DNA of 64,000 bases from Takakia lepidozioides (Eukaryota > Plantae > Bryophyta). Of this stretch, positions 38,861 through 49,534 are shown piece by piece. Both the position numbers and the translations under genes were made by a program. Location of the stretch: positions 37,882,001 through 37,946,000 of the forward strand of contig CM060732.1 in NCBI GenBank assembly GCA_030704615.1, read 5' to 3'. Below the pieces are notes generated by a model that was given only the letters and a program-made list of their open reading frames with translations, did not search any database and had not been told where the DNA came from. Each line of letters begins with the position of its first letter. Position 1 is the first letter of the stretch.

Positions 38861-41466
38861 GTGTTGACCTCGAGCACCTCCCACGTGTGCCATGGATGTC
38901 TACACCCCGTGGTCCTCACCGGCTCACCCCCACTCGTTGCCTGTACCGTCTCGGTAGGCAGAGAGACCGTCAAGGGAAGTGCACTCCGCACTCTACGTTG
39001 CTCAGCCATAGCCAAGCTGATAATCCAGGTCAAGCAATTGAGATCCATTGCTTGCCCCAACACCTGACGACGTGATGCCTCAGAAAGAGAAGGCACCGCC
39101 GTGGTCCCAGTGGAAAACCCCATAGCCCGCTCTCGCTCGTCGGCATTAGGCTCCACTAACTGCTGCAACTGAGCATCCCACAGGAGGCCAGGTCCACCAT
39201 CCCGAAAAGCATGGGAGCCTGGGAAGCTGAGCAATGTAGGTAATGCTGCTCGTGGGTGACCCATCCTGTTGACCACTGCCAACGGCGAACGGTCATTATG
39301 TCTCACACATTGAGACTGCCTCCCTGTGTCCAAAATGCCATCCACGGTGAGGTGTGCTGGGCTCTGCACCCCATCAAATGCACGCTTGAGCAGTGCGGGT
39401 GGCATCAAGTTAGTCCACCAAAGCCGTGGACGATGAGCCCGTGACCCCACTGCAGCTGCATCCAGCAACACTGCTGACCCAAGCCACGACCGGACTTGAT
39501 GCACACTGGCCATCACCCTGGCCCGAGAATCACCCATCAGTGGCACATTCTCCAAGATGTATGCCGGAGATACAGCCTGATGAAGCTGCAAGTAGCGCAA
39601 AATCCGCACCATCTCCCAAAACAGACCCGTCCTTGAGTCTCGCAATCCATTGCCATGCCCGGCTGATGAATGCCCTTGGCAGGGCCAACCTGCCACTACC
39701 AAATCAATGGAGCCAATCCGCTCCAAATCCTGCGCCCCCAGCAACGCAATGTCTGCTGGCAAGGCCTGCTGATATCCACGAACTGCAGACACCGGCAACA
39801 ACTCAGGGTACTGCTGCAGCATCTGAGCAACATGGCGCAGTGAGACGCGTCGTGCAGTCTCATCCCTCTCCACATACAGGTAACGTCGAACTCGTACATC
39901 TGCCTGCAACACTGCAGCCAATCCAGTGCTGATCCCGCCAAATAAGTCCAGAAGGCATATGCCTTGATCCGGCCGCTGCCACACAAGAGGTGTGGTGTCC
40001 AATGGCGACAACTGAGGTTTCCCTGGTGCAATCACCGCACTCTCCTCCTCTCCTGACGGTACAAAAGCTTCTACCCAAGCTTGTTGCACCCGTCTATCAG
40101 CAGCTTGCTGCAAATCCTTGCTCGTACCCCACAATGGGGTGTGAGCAACCATGGCAGGCAACTCCACCGTACCATGCATGTCATCCTGCTCTGCTGGAGG
40201 TGGCACATCCTCTGCATGGGCATTGCCTTCCAGCAACTCTCCAGGCCAACTAACTGCAGCTGTGAAGGCAGCTAGTGTTGGTATCTTGCCCCGCTGGACA
40301 GCTGCAATACCCCCAATGAATGTCACAGGGAGCTGTGCACGGCGACCATCCCCTGACTGCCATCCAGGCCTGTAGGATGCTGACTCCTCCCAAAAGTCTA
40401 GGGTGAAGCCCATGGGATATAATACTGCCCCACCAACGAGGACATCGTAAGAGATCGCGTCTGTCACAATGGCCTTGGCTCGCATCACTGAGCCATCTAT
40501 AGGATGATCCGGCTGCAGTCTAATGGCCAACTGATGCCGTGTCATGCCCCGAGCCTGCTCTGATCCTCCCAGAGATGTCTGTATCTGGAAATGACAAGGC
40601 TCCATATCCGCCTCCATGAGGCCCAAACCTGCAATAGCAGCTCTGCCCAACATCAGTGGCTGGGCTCCCGAGTCCAACAAGACCCGCAGTGGCCGGTACT
40701 TCTTGCCTGCCGGTCCACTCAAAGTGAAAATGCCTCCCTGGTTGTCTAACAAGACAACTCCAGGTGTCACTGTGGCGCGCTCAAAGGCTGGCCTAGCTGG
40801 CAGCTCCGTCAATCTGGCAGCTGCAGCTTGCCAGGGCGCTGCCGTGGCAGTCTTGACCCTCAAATCCGAGGATCCCTCTGCCACTACACCTTTCACTAAC
40901 TCCGCAGAAGATGAAGTGACCTCCCCACTCTCACAGAGTGTTGCTGCTAGTCTGAACACTGCAGCTGGTCTCACTCCCTGCATCGCAATCATGGTTGTCG
41001 AGAACAGTGGGGCTTGACACACAGAGGTGGCTGCTCCCAACAACACACCGGCTGCACTAGCCTTGGTAGCAGGTGTCAGTGCTGCACGTGTAGCTCTCCC
41101 CAATGGCATAGTAACCTCCGCCTCGGTAACAGTCGGGCGAGAACTAGGTGCCATGGATGGCGTCGACACAGTCTCCGCCAATGTGAATGACTGAGGAAGC
41201 CTCGCCTGACGGCTTGCCTCCCCACGCTGTGGATCCGATTCCACCTCTGCACCTCGTGGCTCAGGAACTCGTGCTGCTCCTCGAGTCACGGCTGCAGCAG
41301 ACTCCACCTGCTCTAGTGGTAGTGCTGCTCCGCACATAAATCCCATGCCTCCCATATCTCCTCCCTCAGGAGCAGGAGGTGGACCATCCCGCCTGGGAGC
41401 TGGTACCGCCTGAGCTATAGCCATGGCAGCGAGCCTCTGCTCTAGCTGTTGAAGCCGATTGGCCAT
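38794..41466 (-). CDS. Pol segment: aspartic protease fused in frame to a DNMT3-like C5-cytosine methyltransferase (domain ~39020-39965)
   Basis: 890-aa open frame. Protease LLDSGAQP at ~40660-40680. C5-MTase motifs: I LLDLFGGISTG, II YVERD, IV DLVVAGWPCQGHS, VI ILENV, VIII AHRPRLWWTNL, IX ERERAMGF, X RRQVLGQAM. Confidence 0.95.
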   Translation of the reverse strand: MANRLQQLEQRLAAMAIAQAVPAPRRDGPPPAPEGGDMGGMGFMCGAALPLEQVESAAAVTRGAARVPEPRGAEVESDPQRGEASRQARLPQSFTLAETVSTPSMAPSSRPTVTEAEVTMPLGRATRAALTPATKASAAGVLLGAATSVCQAPLFSTTMIAMQGVRPAAVFRLAATLCESGEVTSSSAELVKGVVAEGSSDLRVKTATAAPWQAAAARLTELPARPAFERATVTPGVVLLDNQGGIFTLSGPAGKKYRPLRVLLDSGAQPLMLGRAAIAGLGLMEADMEPCHFQIQTSLGGSEQARGMTRHQLAIRLQPDHPIDGSVMRAKAIVTDAISYDVLVGGAVLYPMGFTLDFWEESASYRPGWQSGDGRRAQLPVTFIGGIAAVQRGKIPTLAAFTAAVSWPGELLEGNAHAEDVPPPAEQDDMHGTVELPAMVAHTPLWGTSKDLQQAADRRVQQAWVEAFVPSGEEESAVIAPGKPQLSPLDTTPLVWQRPDQGICLLDLFGGISTGLAAVLQADVRVRRYLYVERDETARRVSLRHVAQMLQQYPELLPVSAVRGYQQALPADIALLGAQDLERIGSIDLVVAGWPCQGHSSAGHGNGLRDSRTGLFWEMVRILRYLQLHQAVSPAYILENVPLMGDSRARVMASVHQVRSWLGSAVLLDAAAVGSRAHRPRLWWTNLMPPALLKRAFDGVQSPAHLTVDGILDTGRQSQCVRHNDRSPLAVVNRMGHPRAALPTLLSFPGSHAFRDGGPGLLWDAQLQQLVEPNADERERAMGFSTGTTAVPSLSEASRRQVLGQAMDLNCLTWIISLAMAEQRRVRSALPLTVSLPTETVQATSGGEPVRTTGCRHPWHTWEVLEVNTAGTVSAACPRGVGAFWGATHP

Positions 41467-42868
41467 GCCTTGGTCAACACCCTGACCTCTGCGTCATTGG
41501 CCATGTGGAGCTTGCCCTTAGCCTGCACCTCGTGCCCGACCACCTCGTCCTCTTTGGGCTGGTCCACCTCGCCCCCGGCCACCATTGTTCCCTTGGAACT
41601 GGCCTGGGCGCAACTCAGGATGCAAGTCATAACACTGGGCATCTCCATGCCCATACTTGCCACAATGCCCACATTGCAACTGTGCAGGCTGTGCTTGTGC
41701 CGGCCTTTTGCCACTCTCTGGGCAATCTCTCTTGACATGGGGTCCTCCACATGTCCAACATATCACCCCTGGTTGCTGTTGGCCTGCAAAAGACACCACA
41801 GGCCTCTGCACTTGAGGTCCCCTGTAAGCTCCATGGAACTTGGGCTGGGCAGCCTTGCCCCCCTGACCACGCTGTTGGGCAGTCCCTTGTGCCTGTGGGC
41901 TGAAAGCTGTGCCCCGTGCAGGCATGTCCTTGCCAAATCCAATTGTAACAACTCGCTCCTCCACCATGTTGAGCTCAATCCGCTCAGCCAGCAGAAACAC
42001 ATCTGCTAATGTGGGTTGGGCTGCTTGTAACAGGGTTACATCTCGCACCCTTCTTTTGAGCTCCTTGTCCAGAATTCCATACCAAGCGCCTCATACGAGT
42101 GTACGCCTCTCGCAGGCTCTCACTGGGTTTGCGCTGGAAATCTTGCAAACTTCGCAGCTTCTCTGTCCGTACGCCTTGGTAGTTCCTCCGCAACTCCTGG
42201 AAGAACTCCACCACCGGGTTGAATCTAGGCACATGTGTTGTAGTCGTAGCAGGAGGAGTAGTAGCACCTTTTGAACTGGTACCACCTGCAGAAGCACCAG
42301 CACTACTTGCTCCACTACTAGTGCTGGCAGTGGGAGCTATTGGTACTGATGCAGCTACTGGTCGCGTCGTGCCTCAAGTAATGGAGACGTAGTCAGGTGA
42401 CCAATACATCCTCCACTCCTCAATCTCTGCTTCATGTCCTCGCCTGAACTCGTGGTAATCGTCCATAGGCGGGCCTTCCAAATGCTGGAACAGTCCCTTC
42501 CACGCCATGAATGGGGTGAATAGCTGTGGGTTGCGCATCTGCTGCAAATCACACCAGCTGTCGAACTCCTGGATAAAGTCATCCAACTCGATTGTGCCCA
42601 CAGCTCCAGAGTACCTACAAGGCCCCTTGGTAGCTCCATACATCTCCTCCATGTCGTCCCACAACAATGGCGAATGAAAGTGCACACCTGTTGATGAAGC
42701 CTCCAAGTCTGTGTCTGACTCTACAGTAGTTGAGGGTGGCGGTGAAGGTGGTCTGAACCGAATACCTCGTCTTGTGAACCCACTCTCACTGTTACTGCTT
42801 GTAGCCGTACTCCCCTCAAAACCCTTGGATAACTCCGTAATGACACTCACAATGTGCACCTCCTCCAA
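41467..42868 (-). pseudogene. Gypsy gag (capsid-like region and two zinc knuckles), with stop and frameshifts
   Basis: LQDFQRKPSESLREAYTRM, CWTCGGPHVKRDC and CGHCGKYGHGDAQC. Confidence 0.88.
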
Positions 42869-43387
42869 GTGACACTATAAGGCTCTAGTACTAATCTAAT
42901 AGTGACACGGGTGGGCACCTGTTGCAGTCTAAGGGTCATATCCCAATGGCTCAGGGCACCTGCACCTGCATCCACCGCAAGAACTCCTATGGTTGGCTGG
43001 TCATCAACCCAGCCTCACCATAGAAGAAACACTGGTGGTCTTGCTGGTCATCACTCCAGCCTCACCACCGACAGCATACTCTAGGATTGACCGGTGATCA
43101 AATCCGGCCTAATCCCTATGAAAGCAAGCACCCACACAAAACCAACATGGCGCACAGTCAAGCATGCAGGTGTTGGGGGGGATCCAAACACAAGAAATCA
43201 AAGCATCAACACCCCCACACCAAAATCCAGCAGCAACGTTGATCCTGCAGAATATCCCAGCCCAAAACCCCGGACTGACTGGCCTCCACCAAGAGAGGCT
43301 TTGGCAACTACGAGTACAAGGTAATGAAAATAGTACAGAGATGGAGGGGAAGAATAGAAGCCCGCCCAAGCAAGATCTAATCCTGAT

Positions 43388-44137
43388 CTATGCTATCAAC
43401 TTCCAGACTTCTCTCAAAGTGCCTCGCTCTGCGTGATGGTAAGGTGTAGGAGGTATATCTATGTCCAGAAACCTACCACTAACCTTGTCCCAAGATACAG
43501 TAGCTCGCTCTAACCAACCCTCCTCCTCTTTCTGCCAGGTAGAGACAAAGCAATACTCCCTTATCTCCCGCTCACTGAACACTAAAGAAAACAAAGGTAG
43601 GGTCTGATAGTCTCTCAACTCGAAAGCTTTGAGACGGTTGCGGGTGTCCTCATTGCGAATGAGTGCATCTCCTTCACGCACAACAAACATGTCATTGCTG
43701 ATGAACCCCCGCTCGTGGTTGCCCTGTGCAGAGCGTATCCGGCTGCAACCATGTCTGATTGCACAAACTTGTGTAGCTCCTGCTCCTCTGCTCCAGTACA
43801 CCACGGCCTTGTGGCTGAACACCTTGGTCCCCGGGGCTGTCTTTGGCTGTGTTCCAAGCCTAGCTTTCACCCACTTTGGTATTTCACCTACAGCTGCAGA
43901 ACTGCTGGCTCCAACAGAGTTCTGACTGTCCAAGGCAATATTGAGGCCCTCAATGCCAACTACAGCAGTCTGTTGTCTACTGCTAATGCCTGACTCCCAG
44001 TATGCAATCAACTCGTCCAACTGTTCTCCACTCAAATCAGTCTGAGTTCCTTGGGAAACATAAATCCTGTCCCCTTGTGTGCACAGACTAAGAGAAGAGA
44101 CCTGCCCTTCAATTACGTCCTCATTTCCCCCAGCCAT
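43388..44137 (-). CDS. Accessory 249-aa ORF upstream of gag, unknown function
   Basis: Intact ORF in the sense of the element, with a near-identical frameshifted copy at 23337-23785. Confidence 0.7.
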   Translation of the reverse strand: MAGGNEDVIEGQVSSLSLCTQGDRIYVSQGTQTDLSGEQLDELIAYWESGISSRQQTAVVGIEGLNIALDSQNSVGASSSAAVGEIPKWVKARLGTQPKTAPGTKVFSHKAVVYWSRGAGATQVCAIRHGCSRIRSAQGNHERGFISNDMFVVREGDALIRNEDTRNRLKAFELRDYQTLPLFSLVFSEREIREYCFVSTWQKEEEGWLERATVSWDKVSGRFLDIDIPPTPYHHAERGTLREVWKLIA

Positions 44138-45109
44138 GCAAGGAGTACATCCACCAATTTGTCTCTCATATAGACCAGCACAGGTTCTAGAGACAGGATT
44201 GTGGATCTTTCATAGCACACTCACACTCTAAAAATTCCATAGATTTTTAGCAGAGCCCCAAAAACAAAAACCAGGTCTAGATAGGTAGATATCCCCTTTC
44301 TGCAGCTATCCCCTCAAAAACTGAGTCAAACGGAGCTCATTTGACAAAGATATGACCAACCAGGCTCTTTAAACATTTAAATTAGATCAAAAGGCCATTT
44401 TTTTTTCTTTTTTTTTCTTTTTTTTAAAATAAATTTTTATTAACACCAAAACGTTCTTGCCATTAAAAGCTGTTCCCAGGTTATCTACGGGTTCCCGAGG
44501 CCGTTCCCCTCCAGGTCTATGCCAAATCAAGCTGGTGTCGAACAACGCTCAAGTACTGGGGTTGTTGGGTCCTTCTGATCCTCACTGCGATCCTGTGTCT
44601 TCAGTGCTACTTGCTTCTTCTTGCGTGCTCGCTGCCATGGACGCCCTGCATCGTCTCCTCACTATGCCACACAACGTCACTCCAATGGCTGGGGATGCTT
44701 ATACATGCGGTATGAGGTCTTTCCCACATGTATTGATGTCTGTTGGGATTTAATATTTTGAAAGAGGTACTCAGGATTGAAGACCCAAAGTGCTTCTATC
44801 TCGCCTCACCAACAGCCGACTCTACTGCCTGCAGCAACTCTCACACCAGCAGGGCTTGTACCCGCAGGCCCTTGTCTCAAGCGAGCCTCCAGCACACTGA
44901 ATAGCGATATCGCCAGCTCTCTCTCTCTCACATAGAGCAGGCAAGCGCTTAGCACCATGGTTCAGCGGCTCACCTGCCGCAAACTCGCGTTGTAAAGACG
45001 TCAGGTGGAAGGCTTGTATTTCAAACCGCCAAGAAGTGGGCGAAAGGTCCCAAATGCTCCATTGTCACGGACCAGCTGCAACCTGGCCCCTCGTTGCAAG
45101 CTTCTACAG

Positions 45110-45320
45110 GACTTGGGGACACATAAACCTCCCACCGGCGGCCATTCTCATTGCGACTGGAATGGGGTCATCTGCAACAGCCCCCTGCTGCCTGATTGTC
45201 CTGTCGCATTGTTGCTGGAGGGCTCAACCCAAGCACAGAGTCGGAAGGAATGTCACCAGGCTTCACACCAACTTACTACCAGAAGGAAGGATCTCAGCAA
45301 CAGAGAGAGGGTTGGGTGGC
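45110..45320 (+). pseudogene. Captured LRR N-terminal cap fragment (LRR-RLK type)
   Basis: HCDWNGVICNS at 45149-45181 fits the C.W.GV.C LRRNT motif and is followed by V.LLL. The match is short and degenerate. Confidence 0.5.
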
Positions 45321-46067
45321 GAGAACCAGACCTCCACCTTCCAAACGCTACAATGGTTCGGCCTGGGGACGGAGAGAGCTGGGCACTGCTTGCCACCCTC
45401 TCTGCCTTTCTGCCTCCTTCAGCTTGACGGGCGACTCATACGTAGCATAGAGAGCGAAGCAAATCGACCCCAAAATGACAGAGGTTGTGTGCCATTACAG
45501 TTCGCTGTCTTTGCGCCCGCTCACGACATACAACTGATGAAATTTAACAGCTATCTTGAGCTCAACTGAGAAGAGGTAGAGTCACCGCGAGTTCTTCAAA
45601 ATTATTCTCCCACAGTTCATCAAGAGCTCATCCCAGTCTCACATTCTTTAGGATGCCCTACAGACTTGCAGATTGATGCAACCCTGCACAAAACCTCCGC
45701 ATGTCTACACCGTCTGCAGTAATTACCTCTCTGGCTTTCGGAGCGCATGCGTGCAAATCAGCGCGACTCCCTCAGTCTCTCAGTCAGAAAAGACGAAGTC
45801 TTCACAGTCTCTACTCGGCATCCGCCTTCCTTTGCCCATAGGGTATGAATGCTTCTTTTTGTTGTCTTCCAATGAGATACTTTGCAAGAGTTTAGTTTCT
45901 TCTTGCATAAAGCGTAGGAAACGCAGACTGCAGTTCACAAGCACTAAGCTCGCCACATAAACAGAATCAGTTTCAAGAAACATGGCATGAGAGATACAAG
46001 ACACTGGTCTTCGATTCAAATGTCGGGCACTGCTTTTCCTCTGCTCGAGAAGAAACGAGGACCCACT

Positions 46068-46300
46068 TTACCGCTGCTGGTGCTGGATTCCAATGAGCAC
46101 CTTTAGCATGTCTTGCATGGAGGGGCGTCTATCAGGCACCTCGTGTGTGCAAAGCATGGCCATATCCATCAGCTGCAGCAGCTGCTTGTCAATACATGTG
46201 GTCTTCAGCAGGTTCACATCAAGAACTTGCCTGTCCAGCTCTGGCTTCGCCAATGCTTGCCGCACCCACTGTGAGCTGTTCACGCCCTCACTGACCAGAA
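46068..46300 (-). pseudogene. Captured receptor-like kinase C-terminal fragment (subdomains X-XI)
   Basis: WVRQALAKPELDRQVLDVNL...QLMDMAMLCTHEVPDRRPSMQDMLKVL. Confidence 0.85.
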
Positions 46301-48229
46301 CGAAGGCTGCTTCCTCGTAGTATAGCTCCGTCCTGCCCCTGCGGCCTCATGCCAGAACCAACGCTATCCTTACCAGTGGAAAGACACCAGTTCTTTGCCC
46401 CTGCTTGACATGCTGCCTGCCTCCATGGACCATCTATATACCCAGAAACCAAAGATGATCGAAACCTGCATGTTTTTTTTTGTTTTTTTTTTTTAAAGCT
46501 TAAACTAAGCACTACTTCACAGAGGTAATCATACAAGTGCTAACCCTCAACTCCTACCTTGCACTCACAGGTAAGAGGTTATCTCTCTCGAGTGATAGAA
46601 AGGCTCTTTAACACACTGTTGACACAAAACATGGAAACCAAAATCATCACTCTTTGAAATAGAAGTCGAGCCAGGGGCACCCCAAGCTATGGGGACTCCA
46701 CCCCACAACAACCTACACTCCCATCATAAGCACACACAGCTTCTAAACGCAGGAAGGAGCTCAGTCGCGCAGGCTCAACTCGAGAGAGATGAGCCACGCG
46801 ACTGCCGCTCTCGTGAAGATAAGACGGACCAGGTGTCAAACTAAACTTGACACCTGATTTAACACTTGACCTAAATCCAAGTGTTAAATACAAATAACTA
46901 GTTTTATGCTAGCTGTTTTCACACTGTGCTTATTTAACTTGACACCAATTTCATGCCCTGTGTAATATGTAGGAGTCATCAAAGAGATCCTTAAAGTAGA
47001 CTATGGTCTTGTGAAGCCAATTCTATTCCGTTGTTCTTGGGTAAAAGCCAATATGGTGGGAGAGAATGCCACCATGAAACGGGATGAGTACGGGTTCCTC
47101 CTTGCTGATTTCAGAAAAATGCTACCATCAGATGAAGAGCCATTCATCTTCCCATCGCAAGTTGAGCAAGTTTTCTTTTCAGATGACACCCAAGCGCCGG
47201 GATGGAAGGTGGTTCTTCACAAGGACCCTCGGGCCAAATGAGTCGTGGCCGACATCCATGATCTGGACCTAGGGGAGAATGCCGACCACGAGGGTCTGAG
47301 GGAACCATGAAATCTACCAGATACGGCTGAACCAGTCTGTTTGGAAGGAGCAGTTACCTTTAATGAGGAAGACATTCCAGGGTTGGTAATTACCGCAAGG
47401 CAAATTGCAGATGTGGGTAGTGAAGGGGAAGATTCTTTGGATACGGATAGTGAGCCCAACTGAATCTCAGTGTCCATTAAGCTGGCAGCTCTTAGATGAG
47501 AGCTGTGCTAAGGACTCTTACTGTCCTTAGAACCCATTTTGTACAGTCCTACAAGTGCGCAAGGGCGAGACAGTTAATCGTATCGATAATGTCCCGGAAT
47601 GTGGTCCGTATTGACTTGTGAACAAACCTATATTTACTTGCCAATACTGTTTTTGATATGTGAGGAGAGGATCGTGAATGTGTGCATGCCTTTTCTGGCA
47701 CATCTGCATGCTTTCCAGGAACAAAGACCAATGGAATGGGGGGTGTCTCCAAAGGAGCAGGACCGGACGACATCTTTTTGTGCTTCCTTTGCTTTCCTTT
47801 TCACCATTGCTACATTTTCCCACCTGCCCAATAGTAGCACTCTCGAAGCAATAGCATGACATATGTTGCAACATGGTCTTCTTCACCAATGAAGGAGCTT
47901 TTTGCTACATGTACTGCCACGTCCGCATTAACGTTGATCCCTGCAAGCACTTGGCAAGACCCCCCAGAGCCGCAGATCCAGCAACCACCACACACACATC
48001 TAACTGATTGTAGTGAGATGTGAATAGCTCACTTGCAGAGGAATTGAACCTCCAGCCAAATGAATGGCTCTGCCCCTTGCAGCACAAGTGTGATGCAAAA
48101 ACAAGGTGAGTACCAAATGAAGAAGCACTTACGAGGTCCCCATCCCTCGGATGGGCTCCTACTTTTGCGGAGGAATTGTGCAGGCCTGACCAACACCAAA
48201 TTGCATGAATCCTAACCCTGAATGTCAAA

Positions 48230-49520
48230 TGCAGGTTTATGTCGCGATGCAGCACGCCATCATATTGAAATCTACATTCCCAGTACATTTCTTGGATGAA
48301 TCTGGATCCAAACTCTATCTCTGCACATTCGCTATCCATGCTCTGCAGAAATCATGCATACATGCTTGCCTTGGTGCTAGCAGCTGACAATGACTGCCTT
48401 CATTTGTTCTAGGAAAAACCCAATTCAAACTCATCACACTAGTTCCTACGCTCAATGGATGCATTTACCCTTTTGCCTCGGTTGACCCACCGTTGCCTGC
48501 CAGGGTCAGAAAAGCAGTCATTCCACAGCTTTGACGACGTCTGTGTTACCTGTTTCCCCTCACTTTCCTGTTGTGACATTGGCATCATCACTTCAAAGTC
48601 ACTCCAAACTGTCAAAGATTAACTGAAGTAGCAAACTTGCAGAATTGAACATGAAAATTTAGGGCCAATTTTGATAAGAGGGGAAAAACGCCTGAAATGT
48701 GTTGAACGCGGTGCCTTCATTAGCAGTGCCTGGTTTTCCAGATATGAGTCGGCTGCTGTTGCGCTTCCACTTGACCATCTGCCCATGCAGGTTTGTTGCC
48801 GCTATTGATCCACATGGAATCATAGGTAATCTTGTGCTTGAAATCTGGCCCTCTTGGATGAATGTGGACCCACACTCCATCCCTGCTCCTTCAGGTATCA
48901 CTGCCTCTGTAGAAAAGATGCGTACATCCTTACCTTGCAGCTGATAATGGTAGCCTAGATTTGTTCTAGGAAACACCTAACACAACTTATCACACTAGTT
49001 CCTATGTTGTCTTGCATCTGGTACTCTCTGCAATCCAACAGGCATACACCATTTGCCTCGATTGTCCCACTATTGACTGCCAGGGTCACAAAAGTGTTCA
49101 TTCCACCGCTTTGCCTCGTATGTGTCACCTGTTTTTGGATACTTTCCTGTTGACTCATTGGAAGCATCATGTCAAAGTCACTCCAAACCATCAAAGGTTC
49201 ACTCAACCAATTGAACCAGAAAATTTAGGGCAGGATCTGACAAGAGGGAAAAACATGGTGAATTGGGTCTCGAAGGAAGTGCCTTCATTAGCAGCGCCTG
49301 ATTTGGTCAATTGTGCCGCAACTGCTGCAGATTCCAGTTGAGCATGTACCCATGCAGGTTTCTTGTAGCTAAAACCAGCAGAGAATCAAAGGTAATCTCG
49401 AGCTTGAAGGCCGGCTCTGTTGGAAGAATCTGGACCCACACTGTATCCCTACTCCTTCAGCTAGGCATGCCTCTGCACAAATCATGCATACAGGGTTGGA
49501 TGATAGCTGAAAATCACAGT
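48230..49520. repeat. Diverged tandem repeat, unit ~565 bp (2 to 3 copies)
   Basis: Anchor TGGA.GAAT.TGGA.CCA.ACT..ATC at ~48293, 48856 and 49421. The downstream blocks 48400-48700 and 48960-49290 align. Confidence 0.75.
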
Positions 49521-49534
49521 TTGGAGAAAACGAG

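Larger units (their letters stand above)
38119..46944 (-). mobile_element. Ty3/Gypsy LTR retrotransposon encoding a DNMT3-like methyltransferase (leader, accessory ORF, gag, PR, DNMT, INT); RT/RNaseH and most of the 3' LTR absent
   Basis: TGTC...GACA termini with a 4-bp TSD CCAA (38115-38118, 46945-46948) inside the CACTA ORF. Domain order as read from the ORFs. Confidence 0.9.
36321..47460 (+). mobile_element. CACTA/En-Spm transposase pseudogene (Transposase_21, DUF4218, DUF4216-like); parts 36321-38118 and 46945-47460, interrupted by the Gypsy element
   Basis: Motifs YMGHRRYLARNHPYR..FNG, LEKEFPPSFFDVMMHLLVHL..WMYPMERYMKDLKGYVRN.ARPEGS and EPFIFPSQVEQVFF. Excision of the Gypsy joins RDRNP to ISCPV*YVGVIKEIL. 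Confidence 0.92.

Noticed and set aside
39020-39965. Bacterial restriction-modification methyltransferase from contamination
   Set aside because: It is fused in frame to a retroviral-type protease within a TSD-bounded element, its motifs are DNMT3-like, and no restriction endonuclease is nearby.
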